The notes under the pieces were generated by a model. That model worked only from the letters and a program-made list of their open reading frames with translations. It did not search any database and was not told the origin of the DNA. A program made the translations under genes and the position numbers. This document shows positions 61,409-64,000 of a DNA stretch of 64,000 nt, in pieces (the stretch's first letter is position 1; every line of letters begins with the position of its first letter). Origin of the DNA: an uncultured delta proteobacterium (GTDB lineage: Bacteria; Desulfobacterota; Binatia; UBA9968); the NCBI GenBank assembly GCA_963847445.1, contig CAWJZV010000046.1, forward strand, positions 408,749 through 472,748, written 5' to 3'.

Positions 61409-62632
61409 ATGTACAAAACCACCAAAGAAGAAAATGAAATTCTCACCCGCACCGGCAAGGGCACGCCGATGGGGGAGTTTTTGCGGCGCTATTGGTGGCC
61501 CGTCGGGATTTCCGCGCATTTGAAAATCAAGCCGACGTTCATTCGCGTGTTCGGCGAAGATTTAGTCCTGTTTCGCGACGGCAACGGCAAAGCCGGCGTC
61601 ATCGGCGCCTACTGCGCGCACCGGCGGGCGAATTTATGTCTCGGCGATGTCGAGAAGGACGGCGTGCGCTGCCGTTATCACGGCTGGTTGTACGACCGCG
61701 ACGGCCGCTGCCGGCAGATTCCCGGCGAGCCGCCCAACAGCGAGTTGAAAAAAGAGTCGATCCGCCTGCCGGCCTATCCCGTCGAAGAACTCGGCGGTCT
61801 GATCTTCGCTTACTTTGGACCGCAGCCGGCGCCGTTGGTGCCGCGCTATAATTTCCTCGTCGGCGACGGCGAAGTTTATATTACGATCCAAGGCATACAG
61901 AATTGCAATTGGCTGCAGTGCGTCGAGAATGGCATGGACCCGGTGCATCCGAGTTTCACCCATGGCGGCGCTTGGCCGGATATCATGAGCAGCGAGCCGG
62001 AGCTGGGCTTTCACGAAACCGAATGGGGCATGGTTTACAAAGCCTATCGCAATACTAAAGAGCCGGGCCTGCTCAACTACCGCGAGCATCACTTGCTCAT
62101 GCCCGGGGTCAGTTGCGGCGGCAGCGGCGGGCGCTATTTGTCCGGTCAGAACGCCAACACGCCGGTGTCGGCGGCGCGTTGGAGCGTGCCCATCGACGAC
62201 ACCCACACGTTGCTCATGCGCGTGCGCTTCAAGCCGTCGGACAATCCCGGCAAGTATGAAGGCGATCCGTTCAGCAAGCGTTGGAAGCCGCCGCAGCAGT
62301 TCATCGTGCCCTACAAAGAATATATGGATTCCGACAATCCCGAGCTCGGCTATCCGATCCCGCCGCTGCATTTCATCGAGGACGGCATGGTGGTCGACAG
62401 CATGCCGCCGATCGCCGACCGCGAAAATGAAAATCTCGGCCCGGCCATCGACGACGGCATTATTAAATTGCGCCAGATGTATTTGCGCGAGATCGACAAG
62501 GTAAAGCGCGGCGAGGATCCGCGATGCATCGTGCGCGACCCGGCAAAGAATAAAATGATCGTCATCCCCGCTTACGAAAAATGGGTGCCGGAGAGCGAGC
62601 GCAACCTGGGAATAACCGCGACGGTGGGATAA
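61409..62632 (+). CDS. Rieske (2Fe-2S) aromatic ring-hydroxylating oxygenase alpha subunit-like protein
   Basis: The Rieske motif CAHRRANL...CRYHGW is followed by a catalytic domain with the DPVHPSFTH mononuclear-iron region. Confidence 0.8.
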   Translation: MYKTTKEENEILTRTGKGTPMGEFLRRYWWPVGISAHLKIKPTFIRVFGEDLVLFRDGNGKAGVIGAYCAHRRANLCLGDVEKDGVRCRYHGWLYDRDGRCRQIPGEPPNSELKKESIRLPAYPVEELGGLIFAYFGPQPAPLVPRYNFLVGDGEVYITIQGIQNCNWLQCVENGMDPVHPSFTHGGAWPDIMSSEPELGFHETEWGMVYKAYRNTKEPGLLNYREHHLLMPGVSCGGSGGRYLSGQNANTPVSAARWSVPIDDTHTLLMRVRFKPSDNPGKYEGDPFSKRWKPPQQFIVPYKEYMDSDNPELGYPIPPLHFIEDGMVVDSMPPIADRENENLGPAIDDGIIKLRQMYLREIDKVKRGEDPRCIVRDPAKNKMIVIPAYEKWVPESERNLGITATVG

Positions 62633-62711
62633 GCGGGATTGGCCGCACCCTTCGACAAGTCTCAGGGCGATCGGCAAGCGCAACGGGCAGCAGAGTTAGG
62701 ATAGGGATGAT

Positions 62712-62790
62712 TCACCACGAAGGCACGAAGACACGAAGTTCGGAAAATCGATATGTCCGAAACTTCGTGCTCTTCGCGTCTTCGTGGTGA
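62712..62790. repeat. 79-bp palindrome TCACCACGAAGGCACGAAGACACGAAGTTCGG ... CCGAAACTTCGTGCTCTTCGCGTCTTCGTGGTGA
   Basis: Both arms are read directly and consist of three CACGAAG units with 8-nt period. The arm sequence recurs at 9866-9895. Confidence 0.8.
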
Positions 62791-62821
62791 AAAGCGAGCT
62801 TCATATTACGCTGGAGGGGTT

Positions 62822-63142
62822 ATGGCGATACATGTAGTGAATGAAAATGATGTCGAGCAGGTCAAGAGCGGGCGCGGCTTTACCAAGTGGCTGCATGTCT
62901 CGCCGGGTGGAAGCGGACCGGAGATGATGATCCGCCACTGGGGGCCGGACACCGATATTCCGGTGCACAGTCATCCATATCATGAAATGTTTTATGTGCT
63001 CGAAGGCGAGATCGAGGTCGGCGGCACGACCTATTCCGCCGGCTCGTGCATCTACATCGAAAAAGACACGCCCTACGGGCCGACGCGCGCGCCCAAGGGC
63101 GGCAAGGTGCTGCGTTATGCCGAAGCCGGCATTGGCAAATAG
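62822..63142 (+). CDS. cupin domain protein
   Basis: HSHPYHEMFYVLEGEIEV is the cupin motif 1 region. ATG 62822 is preceded by GGAGGGG. Confidence 0.75.
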   Translation: MAIHVVNENDVEQVKSGRGFTKWLHVSPGGSGPEMMIRHWGPDTDIPVHSHPYHEMFYVLEGEIEVGGTTYSAGSCIYIEKDTPYGPTRAPKGGKVLRYAEAGIGK

Positions 63143-63951
63143 CGTGGAAGCTTACATCGATGCCGACGGGCTGAAAACATTCTACGTCAAGGCCGGCAGC
63201 GGCTTTCCCGTGGTGTTGTTTCATGGCGCGGCGCCGGGCGCATCGGCTCAGGTCAATTGGCAGTTGAATATTGAACCGCTGGCCGCCGCCGGATTCACCG
63301 TCTACGCCTACGATCAAGCGGGGTACGGCCGCAGTGACAATCCCGCCGATCTGTCCATCGAATATCGCGTCACCCATGCCAAGGCGTTCGTCGATGCCGT
63401 GAAACTCGATCGTTACCACGTCATCGGCAACTCCGTCGGCGGTTATATCGCCGCGCGCTTGGCCCTCGAAGATTCTCGCGTCGGCAGGTTCGTCACCACG
63501 ACTAGCGGCACCTTGGCGCCGAAAGGATCGGCCGCAGTCCCAAGCCTTGGGGCAGAAACATTCCGAAGAGCTGCGCGAGTATGTGCCGAGTCTGGAAAAC
63601 ATGCGCGCGCTGACGCTGGGCACGCTGCACCGCAAAGAGCTGGTCACCGAGGAGTTGGTGCGAGCGCGTTACGAGATGAGCATCGGCAAGAATCAAGCAG
63701 CGGCGCAAGCGCGCCAAGGCGTCAAACCGCCGCGCTCGCTCACCGACGAACTGCCCAAGCTCAAAACCAAGACGTTGCTTTTGTGGGGCAACCAAGACCG
63801 CGGTGTTTCAGTCGAACGCGGCCTGTTGCTGTTTCAACTGATTGCCAACGCGGAGTTTCACTTGTTCGACCAGTGCGCCCACTGGGTGCAGTGGGATCAA
63901 GCCGACCGTTTCAACCGGCTGGTGAGTGGATTTCTTGCCGGCGACCGGTGA
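63117..63951 (+). CDS. alpha/beta hydrolase (meta-cleavage-product hydrolase-like) (one apparent frameshift near 63530)
   Basis: VVLFHGAAPG, the nucleophile elbow GNSVGG, and C-terminal WGNQDRGV...QCAHWVQWDQADRF (catalytic His region) are present. Confidence 0.75.
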
Positions 63952-64000
63952 AGGCGGCGTGACCCCGCGCGGAGTTCGTGAAAGTAAAAGTACCATGCTA

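Overview
This is a 64-kb chromosomal segment of a high-GC diderm bacterium. Supporting marks are an Mla lipid-transport operon, SRP RNA-dnaX-ybaB-recR synteny, and a class II ribonucleotide reductase behind tandem NrdR boxes. Gene content suggests an uncultivated soil or sediment heterotroph: two Bug/TctC binding proteins, several Amidohydro_2 enzymes, an LLM oxidoreductase, hydantoinase A/B/B, a UbiD decarboxylase, a Rieske oxygenase and an oxc-frc oxalate module. The lineage cannot be determined from this window. Three RNA genes are clear (tRNA-Ser CGA, tRNA-Ser GGA, SRP RNA), plus an orphan 5' half of tRNA-Ser(GGA). Two visibly AT-richer accessory islands interrupt the core. Island I (about 16.8-23.8 kb) holds a HigB/HigA-type toxin-antitoxin (TA) pair and a tight minus-strand operon: a GT2 glycosyltransferase with a RepB'-primase-like C-terminal domain, an FkbH-like HAD phosphatase fused to a carrier domain, and a GT1. 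Island II (about 39.2-47.0 kb) holds a TIR-domain protein with an unassigned C-terminal domain, a 1.5-kb ORF-poor hairpin-rich stretch, Phd-VapC, a HigB-2-like toxin with an HTH antitoxin, a soluble ComEC-type MBL hydrolase and a second VapC-Phd. Its gene units are separated by four same-orientation copies of a 180-330-bp repeat, giving a cassette-array architecture with no integrase in the window. Island II is my best candidate for something undescribed. One caveat governs everything: by manual reading there are about 25-30 single-base frame breaks, several in essential genes (tadA, dnaX, nrdJ). The sequence therefore most likely carries indel errors, and broken genes should not be read as pseudogenes. 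Intergenic spacers carry an unusual family of palindromes built from 7-9-nt tandem sub-repeats, plus two REP-like element types. I could not support any CRISPR array, rRNA, transposase or integrase.
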